This document shows positions 25,011-40,459 of a stretch of 64,000 nucleotides of DNA, piece by piece. The stretch spans positions 1 through 64,000 of the forward strand of contig KZ538326.1 of the NCBI GenBank assembly GCA_000934665.2, given 5' to 3'. This DNA is from Catajapyx aquilonaris (taxonomy: Eukaryota). The notes under the pieces were generated by a model, which searched no databases, had not been told where the DNA came from, and saw nothing but the letters and a program-made list of their open reading frames with translations. The translations under genes were made by a program, and so were the position numbers. How positions within the stretch are numbered: position 1 is the stretch's first letter; the number at the start of each line of letters is the position of its first letter.

Positions 25011-28000
25011 TTAATCCGATATGTTGCCTCTTGCACTGTACCTAGTTTCTGGGATATAAAGTTAATTCCTCTCAACCCCTCTCGTGACAGTGCATCACTA
25101 CCTCGTACATGTGATTGTAAATAATGTAAAATGTACATTTCAGTCAATTTATCACCATCCCAGTAATATAACAAATAAAATGTCATAATCCGAGTAATTG
25201 TTGTGTCAGCAGAACCACTATCACTATTAGAGAAGACCGAGGAAGCCAGAGAGGTGCATTCCTCCTGTTGATATTAGGATAGTCTGATGCTTGTGCGTTC
25301 CGCCGGCACCGCGCTGTTTTCCCATTTCGCCTTCCCATTGTACGTGTGTTGTCACGCACGCTATTCGGCCACAACATTTTCGGGCTATTGGAAGCCCAGT
25401 GTCCCGCCTACAAAGTAGTCCCCAGCCCAGCATTGACAGGCCCCAACCGATTCTCATGTGATAAGATGTCGGCTAATTTCACCAGCTGCTGAGCTACAAA
25501 CACGCCATCAATCACTACTTTCCACTAACTGCTTATTATGATACATTAGCTATCGAACAAGCGTGTAATTTATCGGTTCAGAGAGGATATGCGGTAGGAA
25601 TCGTTTTCCGAGAACGATTCGTTTCAGTACACTAATCAGCTGACTGTCCAAATATGAATGATGGCCAGTTGTGCCTTGATACACGTTTGTTTGTGTATAT
25701 CGAACATCGTACCTGCTTGTTTCGAGTGTTGACGTATAGTGACCGCAATTTGCACGAACCATAACAGCCCCGGAAGCCTCGAGCTATTAGAGAATATTAC
25801 AGTCTGAAGTACCGGCATTGCCATAACGACGGAAACCTAAGACGTGCAATCAGCATCCGTTTGTAAACATATACATCGCAATACCCCTCATTTACCTAAT
25901 GATCAGTAATCCTTTCCTAAATAAATGCCGTTCAAAAACAAGGCATTAGTGGCAATTTTGCATAAGCACTCGATCATAACAGGCAGTAAACCACCGCCTC
26001 TCATAACTCTCCGGAAATAATTGCACTATGTTTGAGTGAATAACTCATCATCCGCAAACCGACTCCACCATCAAGCACTTTTCACTGCCAGCACCGCTTT
26101 TCATTGCGCAAACATTCACTTGGTGATTGCCACCGTGCAACTTTACGCGCTGATTTCCATACAACAGTGGCCGCCACAGCTCTCTCGCCATTTTTTATCC
26201 ACCGCTAAAAGAACCCGACCCCTACTGTACTCTCCTGATTTAGCCACAAAGTTCAGGCCTGGGGTTATTTTCGCTGCTCCTTCCTCAAAGGGACTCGGCT
26301 TGGAAAAGGCTGAGGCGTCAAAACTTTTCCAAACAGGGACCCTCTTGTAGGAGAGGAAGAAGAACAAGCGACCGCACACTAGAGCCAGCACTTTGCTCAA
26401 ATGGGACAGGCGTAATGGTAACAAGTATAGGGCTTTGGCACTTGGGTTGTTCCGCTTGCATCTCCCTCAGGCATTTGCCCAGCCTTCAAGAATGCCGCTG
26501 GACGATTTTCCACTCCAAATTAATTGTTTTACCAAGGAACCTCCCCAAGCAAAGGCATGCAGGCTGCAAAATCACTGCTCTCTTGGGGCTATGGCGATAA
26601 ATTATTTATAGGCCTACAACTGCAACTAATGTTCGGTGGTGGGTCCCCCCAGGCCACTGCATTATCGTTACAGAATGTTTTCGCTGGGGATTTCCACGTG
26701 TAATTAAGTGGGGAAAAACTCTGCCCGGAACAAGTGCAGGAAGATATGGCGTGCATTATTGATGAGCCAGTTATAAAAGGCATGCGATTCGTTGCCAGCG
26801 GAGCATCTGAGCAATATGCACACACATGAACTAGACGTATTCATGAACCAATCTGCATTAAGTAGACCTACCTAAATAATTAAAAATGCGAATGCACCAC
26901 AATCCAGAAGAATCTGCACAATTTATATTTATTAATAATTGTGTCAACTTTTTTTTTGATCCGATTTCTCCACAACTTGGCATTTTTTGACCGGTTTTGG
27001 GTGCCTGGTATACTATCTGGGTGTTGTGCAAATCCCCTGGAGTGCAGAATCACTCCCCAGGATGCACCCTATACAATAACACTGTTAGTATAGCCCTACT
27101 TGCAATGCCCTTTCCTCCCCAAGCCGTGCCTGACGTTTCCATTAGCATGTTCGCAACAACGATAAAAAAAGGAGAGCCTCTGCAAGATTCATTTCCGAGC
27201 CCAGGGAGAAGGAAGAGCCTACAAGATCTCCATATGCGTTCTCCTTTTGTGCATCCAAGAAAACTTAGCGATCAAGTTCGGCTCCTTCTAACGGCGGAAA
27301 AGGCAGGCAGAATTCTGGCAGTTCTATTCTTTTGGTTGGGAGAGACGGAGGTAAAAAATGCTGATACGATTTTACAAAAGGGTCTTTTTTTTTTTTTTGA
27401 ACGATCCATTCCCCAGACTGAAGTTGTTTGCAGCAGACCTGCACCACTTTTAGTACCTCCTAACGTAATGATGATGCGCTGCGTCTGACGGTGTTATTTG
27501 TAACGGCTTACATAAATGGCAGCCAAGAAGAATATGTGGGAGGAGCTTGTTTCATCTGATCAGAACTGTTTGCGAAAAAAAGGTGTCACAACCGGACAGA
27601 TGGTTAATGGCGAAGCACCCAGTTTGCTGACGTTGACGAGGAGGAAAAGATGGAGGCCAGACAGGAGGGAAACTTCGTCCCCATCTGTCCATCTTCGCTT
27701 TTCTCTTCCTCATCATTGCACACCACAATCAAGCCTTCGTGTCTTTCTCATGTTCCTCTCACCCGCGGGCTAGCACGTGCAAGTTTCGCACAAAATTGGC
27801 CGAAGATAACACCGGACGGGTACATTTTTAAAAAATGATTTAAATGTGAAGCTGCGCAAGATGATTTTTCTCATGCCTGGAAGACAAGCACGTGCGCTGT
27901 TTAAAAAAGAAATCTGGACACGTACAGAGGCAAAGAACCGATGCAACCCAAGCGCGGAATTGTTTCTGCGCCAATACCAAACAATCCCTCCAAGTGATAG

Positions 28001-31000
28001 GCGTCACTTTGCTATAGCTCCCACATTTCACCAACATTCGCCGGAAACATCAATCGAAGTTTGGCCCGAAGGCAATCCAGCTACAAAGTCAATTGCCAAA
28101 GCTGCTCCTAACTTTCCTTCCTTGCATCTCGGGAGTTGCACCGGAAACTTGGTAGGCTATGTATTTTGTGCATAAACATGAATCAAATAATGAATGTGCA
28201 CATAGGTGTGTATTTTTTATTTTATTTTTAATACCACGTGATGAGCAAATTAGGCTCCTATTACACACATTTAGTGTCACATAAGCATAAAAATATGTAA
28301 TTACAGGTTACGATTTCGTATCGGAAGACCCCGCACTGTTACCTACTCACCTAGATGTGTATCTGCTGAAGGATAGGCGTGTATCCGCCCGGACGGAAGG
28401 TTAGGTCATGATGGGGTAGGTTGGTGCCACATTCGGTCTCACATTACGAAAGTCCTTCCGTAATTACATGCATACCAAGTTTCAGTATGCAATTTGCTCA
28501 CTTACCCCAACCAGCTCCACATGGATAGCACAGACCTGAGCACGTCTTACCTGAAAAGAGGAGAGATAAGGGATAAGTATATTCATCGCCAGGCTTCGGA
28601 TACCAATGAGTTCCTTCCCCCGGAATACTCTGTAGCATTCGAGACTGCTCTGATTACACGTAACCGGATTAGATCGCAGGCCGTAATGCGAAGGAGACGG
28701 TCCATTCCAACATAACTAGCTCCAATTGAGTTAAATCAGGATGGGAGGCCGATAATCCGGAAGTCTATGGATCAAGAGCCAAATTAGATCCAGCTTTTTT
28801 TTGGGCCCCAACAAAATCAAGTCGGCAGGTTCCACAATTGGGCCGCTCACACTACAAACGCGACTGTTACATCACCCAACATGGCCGCCCCCAAAATGGC
28901 GACTTGCTTGCTGCCACATCAGTTTTCGTCCGCAATATGTTACATGGAACGGGCAGTTGCTGCGTGTGCAGTGTAGGTTATATAAAGCTGGATCGGAAAC
29001 AGGGAGCCCCAGTGATTGTTCCTGGTTTCATCCATCTCGAGGCATGTCAGAGACGAAATTGAATCCGGCTGCAATTGTTACTTTCCTCTACCCCAACCTC
29101 CCACTGTGGAAATTTGGCCTCCACGCTACATCTGGACATTACAAGCCCGCTGTTCCTTCCCATAAATTGGCTGCATCCAGCTAGCAGCTAGCTAGGGAAA
29201 GGAAGAGCTGCACCAGTCAGCAAAGAACATAGTGGTAGATCCTTTTTTTTATCCCGTGTATCATCTCCTTCTACTCTTCCTCGGCAGATGAAACCCGGAA
29301 AAGAGGTGGAGGGGGTTGGTTGAAGGGAGGAGGAAAATGAGGCAAGAAAAGCTGGGTCGAATCTTAAGCAGCAGGTTCTCCAACCAATTCCAGTCATGGG
29401 ATGGAAAAGGAGGAAAGAGATCCAACTCCTTCATGCACCTCAATCCCGTCGCCGCACAATCAGGCTGCTTTTCTTTCCTATTTCCTCTGCTTTTTATATA
29501 TATACTTATATATCACCACCTTGCTGCCACTCCCAGGAATTGCTTCACCAGCACTGCATTCATGCTTCCGACCCAGCATCACGTCTCCTTGTTGTCCCGC
29601 AGTATGTCTTTATCAGCATGTCAGGTCGTGTAGTTCTTACATCCAACTGGGGTCAAATTTTTAGTATATAACTTTTTTCATGTGTAAGTTCCATGTACCG
29701 TACAGTTAAGGCCATTGTCACATCGGTATTAGCGTCGACTACAAGTTGGATGAGTAGAATAACCTGAGGATATTTCCGATGTGCATTCTATAATCGTATG
29801 CCAGGATAAAAACGCAGTTATGTGTCAATAATATCGATATTTTCAACATGGCGAATTGTTTTTGAGGCGTCAGTCACTCGAAGTGACAGTTGCAGCCTGT
29901 GCCGGGAATATTGTGGTATAAATAAAAATTTTCGTCAATACGCGGTGATATTGGACGTACGGAATACAGTCACTAAAAATTGAGCAAGGTTCAATGGGAG
30001 ACATTCAGCAGAGTAACTGATATCTCCCTTATCACTTTAGGGAAGATGATGTGCCTTTCATGCCGTATATTTGTACACAGAGTGTGTTCAAAAAGGGGGA
30101 GGAAAAAAGTAACTAAATATTTTAAAAACTTCGATTACTGTAACATGCCTGTAAACTGATATGGCCGTTTTTCGGCGGCACATGTAATTATTCCAGAATA
30201 TATTAAAATATCGTTAGGTTCGTGGTGTGTTGCATCACATGTTGCACCACGCAAGTTATCTCGTATAGTTTATGACGCATTTTAAAAACATGTATCGTGT
30301 TTCCTCTCCTTGTGTAATGACCTGGGAAAATAATACTCGCAGTCTTTTGATGTTCCAGTAGACTATACATTTCAGTCCACAATTACATGGGCTCCTTTAC
30401 CCAACTTTCTGATATTACACGCTCAGGTTAAAAACCTCGCCCGCTTGCTGGCGGCCGCAATTATAAAAGACCACAAATTCCCCTCAATTATTTCGGCTGG
30501 CCTCATAATTCCCACGTAAATTTCAATGGCCTGATCCTACCGAAAACGTACACTGCCATAAGGTCGATTGTATCATACTAGTCAACTTGAAGAAAAACAA
30601 GACCTTATAACAATGTGGAGATGTGACTTTTGTGTATGACGTCAGTATTATCTTCATACCCCCCCCCCTCCCCCTCTCCAACCGAAACTCGACAATTTCG
30701 GAGAAGGCTCTCGCGAACATGTAGTCATGTCTTGCACTTGACACAACGTGCCTGGGAACTTATATGCATGACACGAGAACTCGGCGTCGCGTCGCGTCGT
30801 CGCGAGGGCCTTATCGCATTGGGGTGTCCTATAGTGGCTGGCATTCAGACAAAGCGGTGGGTGGGAACTCACTTTGAAAAGGCTGAACCCACCATACCCT
30901 CTTCTCTTTTGTCATTTTTTTCCATCATCAAGTGAAACCAGCCCTCCGCAATGTGTTCCGCGATCAATGGCTGCATAATCATACTTGATGTACTTTGCAA

Positions 31001-34000
31001 AGCTCCACTCTGAAGAGACGAATCCCAAATCCGGTATAAAACATGACCAAACTAGCGTGATCCTTGTTCGTGCAGCAGCCATTTTGCTTCAAGTGTGCAG
31101 TGTGTTCAAGTCTCTTTCACAGTTTCCGACAAGGAGTTGAGGCGGAATTGAATCAAAGTCTTCCCGAAGTAGACTAATTTGAGGGCCTTGAGATCCCAAT
31201 TGCCCTGCGATGTGAAGATGGGGGCGGGGGAGGGCTATAATGTGCGAAACGAGCCGGCGGCAGCTTGCAAATCCCGAATCAAACTCGGGATATACATTTC
31301 CCATGCAGCAAGACGCTCCTCGCTCGTTTCAAACTCTCCCAGACACCCATTTCCTCTAGTATTCAACCCCTCGTCAGTTTCTTATTCAAAAGTGGAGAAA
31401 AAAATAAATCAGGGAAAAAGACCAACTATAGGGTATATCTTCTACGACCGTGAGACGGTGTACGCCATCCATTAAATTGTTATTGCATTTCTATCCTGTA
31501 GAGAGTTTCGCCAAATAAGCATCAACAACCCTAAGTATAAGCGAGCTTAATAGAGGAAGATGTTGACAAGAAACCCACGATGGCAAAAGCAATCAGCTTG
31601 CATTTCTCCAAATGGTGTGTGGGAGGTCTTCATTTGCAAACACGTCGACGTCGCAAAAAAAAAAACCAACAACATGTAGAGCATATATACACAATCTTTG
31701 GACTACTTTTCTGTTACCAAGGCGTGGGATGACGCACTACTTTCTGACATATTATGACAAGCCTTTTTTCTAGCCAGCCGAGTATCGAGAATGACACAAC
31801 TTCCGACATTTCAGATGTGCCATATGTGCGTATTTACATTTGTAGTCTTCATTCTCTCACATTGTGACAGCTAAATAATCGTACCGTCAATGGTGACTTG
31901 GAAGCTGCTGGATCCGTACAATATGACACGTCTATCATATTGTGGTCCGCTTACTAACTTGAGCCAAACCTTGTCAATAACTTGATTTGCCACTGCTTAC
32001 TATACGTACAGCCGCATTGACAATCACAGGTATAGTCTCAGATGTGCACGCTCAACTGGCTCTGTACACCACATATATACAGTTATTCAACTTCTCTGGC
32101 CTCAATACCGAGTCCTGCCCCCCAATGTTGAAGAGTAAACTGGAGCCTCTGCATAACAAGCTCAACTCACTGCATGCAAATTTAATGCAGACGCATTTAC
32201 GCGCATGTTGTTACTGCTGCGTTCTATTCCCCAGCCACCAAAATAAACTTTATAGTCAAATTTTTTGGGTTAAATTTTGTATGAGTTGACCACCAGGTTT
32301 TTCTGGTGCATCCATTAATAGCATCATGTTTCAATGCGCTGATAAATGATTGATGCCTTTGATCATTTCACACATGACACTCTGAGAATTAACGTTATTG
32401 TGGCGCGAATCGATACCAAAAAGCTGGCATCCATTCTCCCGCTTTTCCCAGAGGCACACACTGTACTCCCCGCCAACAATCTTTCAATTTAACCGCGTTG
32501 TCTTCTCGACTACCACGTTTCCAACACCTCCGATGAAAAACATTGGCAGGGGAGGTTCAGAAGGTGAATACCAGCTGTTAATTAACTTAGTATCGAACAT
32601 GATGAGGGGGGGCTGCTTCCTAAAGGAGGCTTTTCATACCTAACTCCCCCGTCTGATCTTATCGTCTGCTTGACACACACTATAATGGTTCCTCTACACT
32701 ATACATGGGGGGCCGCTCCATCTCCAAACTCATTACGTGTCTCTTATCTCCTCATAACACTACACTCACAGGAGTGTAAATGCACGTTCCTTTGCCCATT
32801 TCCCACCTTGTTTTCACCTCCATTTGCATCGGTCTGACGTCATGGCTGTCACCCCAATAGAGTACAGGGCATAGGGTGGAAAAGAACTGAAAGCGGGTAA
32901 CGGCCTTTGAAAACCACTCCGTTGGGATTGCCGCAGCTTCCATTACATACCCAAAACCGTGCGGATTGCGACCAAATTATTTTATGATCAGGCTCGTTCG
33001 TGGTGACCATTTTTTTTTTTGCTGGATTAATATGAATCGCGCGCAATAACTTATGGAAATGGCTACATTGCGCTTATGCAACTTGAGCGACAACTGGACT
33101 TAAAAAAAAAAAAAGAAAAAAAGAAAAATGTTCTGCCATTAATTCCAGACGTGAGACGCGGCAGATGGCACGGGCATTAAATTCAGAGTTATCCAGGGAA
33201 AGTTTCCAGTTTCCAAAGCTGCTTACTTGAGAGTGGTGAAGAAAAAGTTTTCTGAGTGATGTGGACGCAGGTGGACCAACAAAATCGGGACCAAAAAATG
33301 TATCGTAAGCACAAAAAAATGAGTATTTCTGCCAGTACAGCATGTTGACTTTATGTTGGAGGTTACCCTGGGCACCCATTTTTCTCTGGGTGTCGTGGTT
33401 ATGCAATTATGCTGACAGCCATAATTAAGGGAAGGGCATTATGAGAAACGCAGCTAGCTCCGAAATCTCGGGTGTAGATCAGCGTGATGGATTATTCGCG
33501 CCAAGTGCTGTAGGTGCGCTGTATACTTACATGCAATCTAACCCTAGATTGCATGCAAATACAAACTCGCCCATATCCAGCTGATTTATTATGGAGTACA
33601 GGCTGTTTTAACGTGGCGGATCGTATGTATTGGGTGTCCTCTTGAAATTGCAGCATCATGGTACGGAACACTATACGTATCGAAAAGGCAGCCTGAGCTT
33701 GCAATCCTGGTGCTATGGCCCCGGGCAATGCAACCCAAAGGCACTAAAAGCATTAAAAAGTCGTATAGTTCATTAATCATTTATCATAATTTTACTGTAC
33801 ACACTGCAGAAATGCGAGGATATTTGATAAATTGTAATCTTATTTACCTGGGATGAGTAATCCAACAATTCAAACTTCGTTACATGCATATAAGGTCGGC
33901 GCTTGCATATAAAACAGTCCATTTCAAATAGTGGTCGGGTTCTATCGCAGTATTTCCCTAGGCCAATGTAAAAATATCATTAAGTGTATAGTGCTGCATG

Positions 34001-34699
34001 GGATGGTACAGTATGATAGACGTAGGCAATTACACTGACTAGCAGGCTGTACTGTACAGTGCGAAGTACTGAAAACACTGTAACTGAAAGGTCATTGTGT
34101 ACTTTCGGTTCTGCCCCCCTTTCGGCGGGTAAAAAAAAGTTGCCCTACAGTTCTCAGTTTACTAATTGTAAATATTTAAATTTGCCCATCAGATAGTGAA
34201 GTGTCTGTTACTTTTGTTTTGCGTCAACCCGTATTTAGCAGGAGCTTGTTCAGTACAGTTGCAGCACGGAAATTTTGAAACTAAACCCAGAGAGGAGAAT
34301 GTTTTATACCATTTAAAAACATCTTGCGTCAACATTTCAACAGAGTTTCTGAAATTTCTCTTCGGGCATTCGCTTTTACAATCAGTACAGCAAAATCACA
34401 AAGTGGTGCGTAATGCGGTTGTACAATATAGAGGCTACAGTCATGTCTTCTTTAGATAATGCCAATGAATAATTCAAGATAGCTTTCTGCACCAGCCCAG
34501 TAGAATGATATCCTAGCATGTTAGCATAATTACAGTGTAAACTTATCTATCTAGTAATTGTTCAAGTCCACGGAAAAAAAGGTCCATACACTATGCACGA
34601 GATATTTGGGAAGGAATTCAGGGCGATTGCTTAACTTTTAAGTCGTTAGTCGTGACTTACATGCAAATAACTATCATCCTATTCAAGGACGGTGTATAC

Positions 34700-35123
34700 C
34701 AGGGTGTATCTGAACTCAGTGCCCCGACGTATATGACTGCCTTCCTAGCCACCAGAGGATCGATTTAAGTATAGGAGTCATATGTCTGGGCAGCCTCATT
34801 ACTGAGATACACTCTTTAGCGATTTTTGCCTAATCGCTCCTTCTGACTTTTAAATAGAATTTTCTGGTGTAACTAGCCAAAGAGGCCTTACCACCTGTGG
34901 GCAACAAACCAACAAAGTCCGGCCCCCAGACCTTCCAGAGCCTTCTGACTGGGGGAGGGTTCGATGGGTGGCCTAACCGACAGGATATTTTGTACTACAT
35001 GTTTGCGGCCAATTATCTCCGTAATGAGGCTGCCCAGACATATGACTCCTATACTTAAATCGATCCTCTGGTGGCTAGGAAGGCAGTCATATACGTCGGG
35101 GCACTGAGTTCAGATACACCCTG
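34700..35123. mobile_element. Young Tc1/mariner-type MITE
   Basis: CAGGGTGTATCTGAACTC...GAGTTCAGATACACCCTG followed by TA. 110-bp TIRs (34700-34809 / 35014-35123) with one mismatch seen. Confidence 0.92.
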
Positions 35124-37124
35124 TATAGACTTGAAACTCTTACGCGTTTCAGTTACACGCAAAATTTTAATCGGGGGGTTGTTTAGGCACTGTTTAGAGA
35201 GATGTGTGTAAGACAGCGATGCCAACTTGTATTGTTCGTATATCTAGTCACCCTCGTTTCAAGGTTTCTGTATGGGAGGTTGGTTAGCCATTTTCAAAAT
35301 GCAAATAGTTACACGCACTCTAATACGCGGTTTGGACCATCTCTCTGAATTCCGCCCTTGGTGTTGGTCGTGAGAGAGATCAATAATTAATTCAGGCTTG
35401 CATGTTTTCATTCCCGAACAAGATAGTCCAAGCTCCCAATAGGTTTCCATCTACTGTCGCATTCCGGCTCGACCAGTACAAGAACACCTCTGAATACCGG
35501 AGTGGAATAATGGATACTGTACAGTACATTCTAGTGATACCAAATAAATAAACAAAACACAGTGGCAGGGTTACATTTCGCCAGATGTACAGCCTATGCC
35601 CTATAGTGAAACGAAAACTAAACCTGATCATAGGCGACTGCTCAACCTAAACTGTAGACTAAAATCTAGAGAGATGCAATATCAATCTGCACTGTACCCA
35701 TTACACGGTTCGCGACGAAGACGTCAACAAAACTGTCACAACAATGGATACGTTCACATTCACCTTACTAGCCTCTCAGTAGTAGCAAGTATGGAGCTGA
35801 TATAAAATAATTTAATGGCAGAAACCAGGCCGAAAATGTAGAAGCAATAAATTTCTTAAGCGGAAAGATAACCATCGTGCGGTATACATTACGACTAATG
35901 TTTATGATTTTTTTTTTTTTCATCTTTTCCTCCTATAGCTCAAGTTTCGCCTCGTATACGACGGTAACTTTAGCTCATATACGGAATTTATTGTTCCTCC
36001 ATTTTCAACTTATTTGGCGTCAGTACACCATATCCCGTCGACTTTATCTCCCACTGTGCCATTGCAGACCGTGTCGACCTCTCACACAGCAACTTCATTG
36101 ACGTCTGCGTCGTTAATGGCGTACCCAGCGCAATTTCGCACCTCTACATTTTCAACTATAGGTTTGTATCTATAGAAAACTCCTACTTCTAGCTTTACTC
36201 TAGTTCGTTCGTATTATCCTGCACCGAGTCATATATAAGCCATGCTTAAAACTACTATGCAAAATACTCTCAAGTACGTACATGTAACGTAACTCTTCGA
36301 CTCTCCAGTTCCTACTGGGGAGACATGCCATCCGTTTAAGCTCAAGTGGAAGAGGAGTGCAATTTAAAGCATTAACAGGTACTAGCTCGCAGTCCATCTT
36401 CATTAAACATATTTCTCGGTGGAACAAGGTATTTCGGGCCCAAGTCGAGTGCAGTTATACAGAAAAGCCTCAAGAAAAAAGCCCTTTCCAAAAAAAAAAA
36501 AAAAAAAAAAAAAATCTTTCGCTCAGAAATTGGATTGGTAGTCGAGTTATACAGAACGCGAAGGAGCCTAACTTTTGGCAAACTCGGGTAGAGAGGGTAG
36601 CAAAAGTGTCCAGTTTGCAAAAGAAGCCTGTGCGCGAATGCGTGCCCCTTCTAAGCTTGTGCAAACTTTCCTTCCTTCCAAGTTAAAAGGGAGAGAGCAT
36701 GGAGTGTGGGTTTAAAAGCAAAAGAATGGAAGAGAGAAAAAAATCGGGGTTATAGTTTCGCAGGTTTTAATTACTGGGATTACTGGAGTAAAAAGCAGAC
36801 GGTTTTTGTCCTCATCGAACTTCTGCTGTACTAATGTTGATAAGAAACCGAGGGACAATGTCATTTTTGTAACGTCTGTTTTATTGCTCTCGGATGTTTG
36901 TTTATCGCTGAACGCAATTGGTTCATAGGAAGCGACCAGGCGGAAATGGCGGTCCTACGTACTCTTATTTATGATAGGACACACGAATGCGGATCATCAC
37001 CCGCGCGTTATTACATCATATGACCACAATAACGAAGCAGGAACTGTTGCGCGAGGTTCGCCAACTGAGCAAGAAATATTACTCTTGACGAGAATGATGC
37101 CGGAAGTGGAGCATCACCCAGACT

Positions 37125-37780
37125 CATAAAATTAATTGGCCAGATATTATGGAGCCAGTCCCGCGTCCAATCAGACCGTAGGTTACAGCCAGGCAGCTAT
37201 AAAAATAATAGCAGTGCACAAAAAACGTACAAAAAATAACCATGGATTCGATACCAAATATATATACAACAAAAACATCAAACGATCACGACATTTCGCT
37301 TTAAAAAAGTAGTCAGCAATGGAGAGGCGAATAATAAAAATGGGTCAATATTCGGTAAAGTACAATATGTTGTCCCAGTGCAGTAAAGGGAAAAACACTT
37401 GTATGTACAGTATATACTATGATGAAATTTCGCGACATTACACAGGAGGCAATAAATTACAGTTGGAATATAACTTTCGTTACCGGTACTGCAATCTACT
37501 CCTTAGCAAATATTGACCTTACTTTAAAATATGGCATTATTCATTCTATATCAAATATAAATACGAACCTCGTACACCTCGCACCTCGTTGCTATTGACA
37601 TTAAACTAGGTTCGGAAAAAATTATCGTGTTACTTCTCTCTCTCGATTTGCCCTAATGTAAGACGAATAATATAATACATAAAATTAATTCACCACATCT
37701 TATGGAGCCAGTGCGGCGTCCTATCAGGTCGCATACGTTACATCCTGGCCGCTATAAAATATATATAGTGCACAAAAAAA
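37125..37780 (+). repeat. Diverged direct repeat pair of about 100 bp (37125-37225 and 37678-37780)
   Basis: Both copies read CATAAAATTAATT...TTATGGAGCCAGT...GCGTCCWATCAG...GTTACA...GCTATAAAA...AGTGCACAAAAAA. Confidence 0.8.
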
Positions 37781-40459
37781 ATCCTTCATAAAATATCACA
37801 GAGTCTATTCCAAATATTTATAAGACCAGCGTCGGCAATAAAACGGAGAGACTTCCTAAAACTTTTCTTTCCGTAGCAATGAAACCATTTCCTCCGCACC
37901 TTATGACAAACATCGATTCGGTGCCAAGTCGACACACTTCTGTCTGTATTGCACCCGTAGTCTTCTAGGAGACCTATATCACTCCGCCGGCACTGTAGGT
38001 ATAGAGTGGCTGGATGAAGACTGGGCGAATAAAAAATAAATGAAATCTGAAGATGAGCATGGGCAAGGAACGCAACGTATACGACCCTTCTGCAATGCGC
38101 TGCTTTTACGGCCGGAACCCAGACACGGAATCCAAATCGAGTTATTGCGCCATTTCTACTTGGCACCAACTCGCAAGATGACCCTCGCCATTTTTTCCCC
38201 ATATTTTTTTTCCATCCCCCCCTATACTCTCTATACTGGACCAGATTAGTCCCTGGGCTCACTTTGGTCCCCTGCAGGCCTGATCAACTCTATACTATTC
38301 TATACAGGCGCTTTTATATGGCAATTTTGGGGCCAACTCAAAAGGAAACCCTGTCTCTCGACACCCAAAAACGGCCAAAGCCGTTAGAGTCGACGTTTAT
38401 CGAGTTGATAGACGAAGACAGCCTCGAAATATCCGCATAATAAATTGCGGTCTTACGTCCCACCACATAAATCATTCCCCAGCCGAAAAGAGGCCCACCG
38501 AAGAGACGAATCAAGTACACTTCACTTCAGCCATTTCTCGCTTCCTTCCCCACCTATAGCAACCCCCATAATTAATTTTCGATCACATCCACCTGGAGGG
38601 AGAAAAAAAACCCCTCGTAAGGCTAATGCCATCGTAAATTAATTCAGAGCCAAGAAACCAAGTTGTGGTCTAGGGATGGTATATAAAAAAGCGGTGGTCC
38701 TAATGGAAGCTGGCGGAAGGAAAGCGCCATTTGTCAGAATGTAACGTTGGAGTAGTAGGCCTGCAAGTCGAGCGCCACTTTGTCAGCCGGATAACCGCAT
38801 GTAGGAGGAAGTGGCCCTTTGAGACTAATCCAATTTATAAATTCTTCCAAGGAGGCACATGTCCTGCTCACCGCACCCATCTTAAGACATCCTTGACCGA
38901 CACTCTATTTGAATATGCAGCCATCATAAGAAAACATCCGCATTGCGTTTGCTTGGATCTTCCTCTAAAGTAGCTGGAGCCTCTGGATGGATTAGCCCGG
39001 AAGGAGATTTATGCAGGCTGGCCCCCTCTTTGGGGAATTATTATTGTCTGCTTAAATTGATCAGCGGTGCAGTTTGCGGATGGCTGCCAGCAAGCCCTGC
39101 GGATACTTGATAACGACGGCGATTGATCTTTTCCGCTAAGCCAGTTTCTGCTCTTAGCCCCCGCTGCCCACTGGATGTCGTTTCTGCCCACTTGCTGGTC
39201 CGCACCTGAGCCGCCTTTATAAAAAAAAATGACAAAAAAAACAGAATCAAGCCTGCTATCTGCAGACAAAGCCGGCAGTTTCCGCCCCAATTGGCATGCC
39301 GGAATAAAGCAGAACGCCAGCAGTTGGTTCCAACACACTGATGGCCTCGCCGGAAGACTCCCCCTTCCAACCTCCTCCTTTTGTCTTCTTCTCCAGCCAC
39401 TCTCTCCATCTATGTTTACAACCCAGATGTTAACAACATTATGCCACCACTCACGGACCCATCGCCTGCAATCAATGTAGACTACTGTGTATACGAACAG
39501 GTGGTCGAGCGCACTCTCACATTCTTTCCCTTTCAGTATGTGCTCCTAGGGTCACTCAACTTACAGTGCAATATTTCAACAAGTTATATATCAAATGTTT
39601 CGAATTTTTTCAAAATATTTTTCCTAACAGTTATAATCGCAGTTTATGTAATTTTTTCCACAGTGAGTCATGTACTTTCAGCACACAGGAGTTCTATAGC
39701 TACTGCTTCGTGCTTATTTAAAACTGATGAAAAGCTGATCTAATTAGAAAGGTCGTGTTTCACTCCTGCGGCGCTTCATTCAATAGCGGCAGCGTCTCAA
39801 GAGCTCTTCTGTTTTGTCAGCTCTTCTAACTAAACGAGTTTTCCCTCCGGTTCCTCCTCCTGGTTCGGCATTGGGATCATGTGAATGCCATTATTATCTC
39901 CGCCTTCTCACGCCACACACGTTTAGCTTTGGGTGTTCAATATGCGCATTTTCATGTGCCGTTCGTAGAGCCCTGTGCTCTTAATTCCCGCCGGACAGTG
40001 CATAACGATTACTGACACGTTCATGTTAATTACAGCTTAAATTAGGGCTGCCCCCATGATGCAGCCGAACCAGCATATAAAATTCATCCACGCATGATAC
40101 AGCCACTTTCAACTAAAAATAATTAACGCCCGAAATTAGGGCCTGCATCGAAATAACATCTACTATCCATACTCCATAGTATATAGATAACGATACAGGC
40201 CGGTGACAGGTTCTCTTGACAGTTTGAAAGTTGTACACAAAAGCCTCCGCGTATCCAAAGTTGGTGTATTCGGATCAATCAGCAGCAATTGTTCTGCGCC
40301 ACTTGTATTTGTTGGTGCAACATGAGAATGGTAGTGATGTTACAGGTTTTTCATTGCTGACAGTCACTATATTGCGCATTTGGACGTCACTCGAGTTGTG
40401 TCAACTATATGAGAATATTGTTGAACCTACAGACCCTATACAGGAGTGTAGGTGAATAC

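Noticed and set aside
28360..28410. Hammerhead-ribozyme-like CTGAAGGA-stem-GGAC
   Set aside because: Both core boxes deviate from CUGANGA and GAAA, and stems I and III cannot be built.
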